From positions 288,001 to 352,000 of the forward strand of contig CAVXWP010000001.1 of assembly GCA_963765495.1 (NCBI GenBank): a DNA stretch of 64,000 nucleotides, given 5' to 3'. Made by a program: the position numbers and the translations under genes. The stretch's first letter is position 1. Each line of letters begins with the position of its first letter. Below are positions 61,962-64,000 of this stretch, in pieces. Under the pieces are notes generated by a model that made no database searches, was not told the DNA's origin, and saw only the letters and a program-made list of their open reading frames with translations. The stretch is from Blastocatellia bacterium. Its GTDB lineage: Bacteria; Acidobacteriota; Blastocatellia; UBA7656.

Positions 61962-63197
61962 ATGCGACATGCAAAAGCAAAAAGGCAGAGTTACAAATGG
62001 ATGTTTCTTGTATTGTTACTTTTGCCTTTTGCTCTCGTGCTGTGGCCGAACGCCTCAAGCGCGCACGAACCTATCACTACAAAGATATTGTTCAACAAGG
62101 ATGTAGTTCGCATATTCAAGCGAAATTGTCTGGGCTGCCATCATCCGGGAGGAATAGCGCCGTGGTCGCTTGTGACCTATGAAGAGGCCCGACCGTGGGC
62201 CAAGGCCATCAAGGAAGAGTTGCTCGAACAGCGCATGCCGCCCTGGCATCTGATGAAGGGCTACGGCGATTTCAGCAATGCTCCGGCGCTTACACAACGC
62301 GACATTGACATGATAGTGAACTGGGTAGAAGGGGGCGCGCCTCCCGGTAAACTGGAACTCCTGCCGAAAGAGCCTCTGGTTTCGACCGACTGGCAACTGG
62401 GCGAGCCTGATCTAGTATTAAAGGCCGAAGCCGCGCACAAAGTGGCATCAGACGCCGATGAATATTGCGACATCGACTTGCAGGCGAAATTGACCGAAGA
62501 CCGATGGGTCACGGCCGTTGATGTGCAACCGGGCAACGGGTCGGTCGTTCACTGCGCTACGATTTATGTCGAGCCTGAGAAAGGGCCGCGTTATACGCTT
62601 GGCACGTGGATGCCCGGTCAAAGGACCGTTCGATTGCCCGAAGGCACGGCTCAATTAATCCCGTCTGGTGCGCGCGTCAATCTTAAAGTTCACTATCACG
62701 GAGCGGGCGAAGATACCGAAGACCTGAGCGCGGTCGGGCTGTACTTTGCCGATTCGCAGGTTCAAAAGCAGACGCGCGAGGTTGAGGTCACAAACTCGAA
62801 CGCAGTGATACCAACAGGTTCGACGCCGCAGCGCGTCAAGGCCGAATACACCCTGGAAGACGCGGCAGAAGCTGTAGCGGTAAGACCCTCGGTTAATCCG
62901 CTTGTGATTTCGCTTCAGGCCACCGCGTACCGGCCCGACGGCACCGAAGAAGTGCTTGTGTGGACACGCGGCTATAAATTCGACTGGCAACCGACATATA
63001 TCTATAAGCAACCTGTCGCTCTGCCCAAAGGCACTAGAATCGAAGTGATAGCCTATTTCGACAACTCCGAAACGAACAGCAACAACCCGAACACGCCGCC
63101 GAAAGAAGTGCGATGGTCCGAAGTCTCTTCGCAATCGCTCTGCGCGGTCCTGGTCGCAACCAACCTCAACAATAAAGACGTGGCAGGCCGCAGATAA
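61962..63197 (+). CDS. Cytochrome c + PHM-fold protein lacking CuM ligands (paralog 4)
   Basis: CLGCH kept; VVHC, KVHY; PHMH replaced by PSVN; EM absent. Confidence 0.82.
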   Translation: MRHAKAKRQSYKWMFLVLLLLPFALVLWPNASSAHEPITTKILFNKDVVRIFKRNCLGCHHPGGIAPWSLVTYEEARPWAKAIKEELLEQRMPPWHLMKGYGDFSNAPALTQRDIDMIVNWVEGGAPPGKLELLPKEPLVSTDWQLGEPDLVLKAEAAHKVASDADEYCDIDLQAKLTEDRWVTAVDVQPGNGSVVHCATIYVEPEKGPRYTLGTWMPGQRTVRLPEGTAQLIPSGARVNLKVHYHGAGEDTEDLSAVGLYFADSQVQKQTREVEVTNSNAVIPTGSTPQRVKAEYTLEDAAEAVAVRPSVNPLVISLQATAYRPDGTEEVLVWTRGYKFDWQPTYIYKQPVALPKGTRIEVIAYFDNSETNSNNPNTPPKEVRWSEVSSQSLCAVLVATNLNNKDVAGRR

Positions 63198-63235
63198 TAA
63201 TCTCGCCGGGCAGGCGAGCAAGAGCGCGGCTTCTG

Positions 63236-63772
63236 TCACGTCTGCTCGGGCTCTGCGCGTTTGTCCGCGTATCGTCTTATAAAAAAGACCGTCAAAAAGA
63301 TCGGGCCGAATATCAGCAATTCATAGAAGCTGATTCTGAAGGCTCTTTTTATCTCGTCGGCGAGCGGCTGGAGATTTGAGCCGGGGAAGAATTCGAAGTA
63401 CTCTATCAGCCCGAGTTTGAAGTCGTGCGTAGAGAAAGGCCACAGCAACATGACTCCGCCCCATGTCTTGCTCGTGGCTGCATCAAGCAATGCGTGCAAG
63501 AAAGTGGCCGATCCAAAGACCACGATTTCTCTGAGGTGAAACCTGCCCATGACGGCGGCGGCCAGAAAGCCTGCGGCTACGGCAAAGGTGATTGAATGAG
63601 AGAAACTGCCGTGCCAGCCTACGCCGAAACCGAGCACCCATCGAAAGAACAGATCGAAGTCGGGGCAGATGCCTATGAAAGCCCCCATCAAAAGAGCTTT
63701 CCAATCGGGGTTGCGCGATGAAGAAGCTACGACGCTTGCCCCCATAAATCCGTGCGCTACGGGAAGTGGCAT
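63236..63772 (-). CDS. Inner-membrane metal-dependent hydrolase (YdjM-like)
   Basis: AHG, PDFD, HGSFSHS, HALLD, LLWPFS. Confidence 0.85.
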   Translation of the reverse strand: MPLPVAHGFMGASVVASSSRNPDWKALLMGAFIGICPDFDLFFRWVLGFGVGWHGSFSHSITFAVAAGFLAAAVMGRFHLREIVVFGSATFLHALLDAATSKTWGGVMLLWPFSTHDFKLGLIEYFEFFPGSNLQPLADEIKRAFRISFYELLIFGPIFLTVFFIRRYADKRAEPEQT

Positions 63773-64000
63773 AGTCGGATGTATCCTAATACCAAATCTC
63801 TTCAGACAGAGGCGATAAAGATCATATATCCCCGCAAAGTTTTCCCTGAAAATAAAATGCCGCTGATCGTAAGATGATCGACAGTCGCCTACCCGGAGGA
63901 TCTGTCGAGTTGAACAAGAGTGCTTTGCTCGGGTTCGGCTTTTCCCATCTCGACTCGCCACAAGCAATCGGCCACGCCTAATGGACCGTCCATGCTCCCG

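Overview
A gene-dense bacterial chromosomal window of about 47 CDS. Gene content suggests Acidobacteriota, possibly Blastocatellia (inference only). I recognised no rRNA, tRNA, CRISPR array, transposase or reverse transcriptase. Housekeeping genes (nadE, a polyprenyl synthase, hslV, lysC, ribD-like, queD/queE, fabI, mlaEFD) are mixed with secreted hydrolases. Points of most interest: (1) about 18 intergenic inverted repeats whose arms are tandem 7-mers, with the period conserved but the unit sequence differing between sites, plus 8/9-mer and GTAG-REP types; several fill the whole stop-to-start gap inside operons; (2) a gingipain-like (C25) gene whose codons switch in blocks between C/T-only and G/A-only third positions; (3) a PspA/ESCRT-III-like + membrane coiled-coil + tandem AAA+ ATPase operon; (4) four tandem exported heme-c/PHM-type dicopper monooxygenase paralogs, one without the CuM site; (5) a minimal microcompartment locus followed by nadE; (6) a multi-hairpin sRNA candidate at the window start. 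Functional calls come from motif recognition by eye; no database searches were run.
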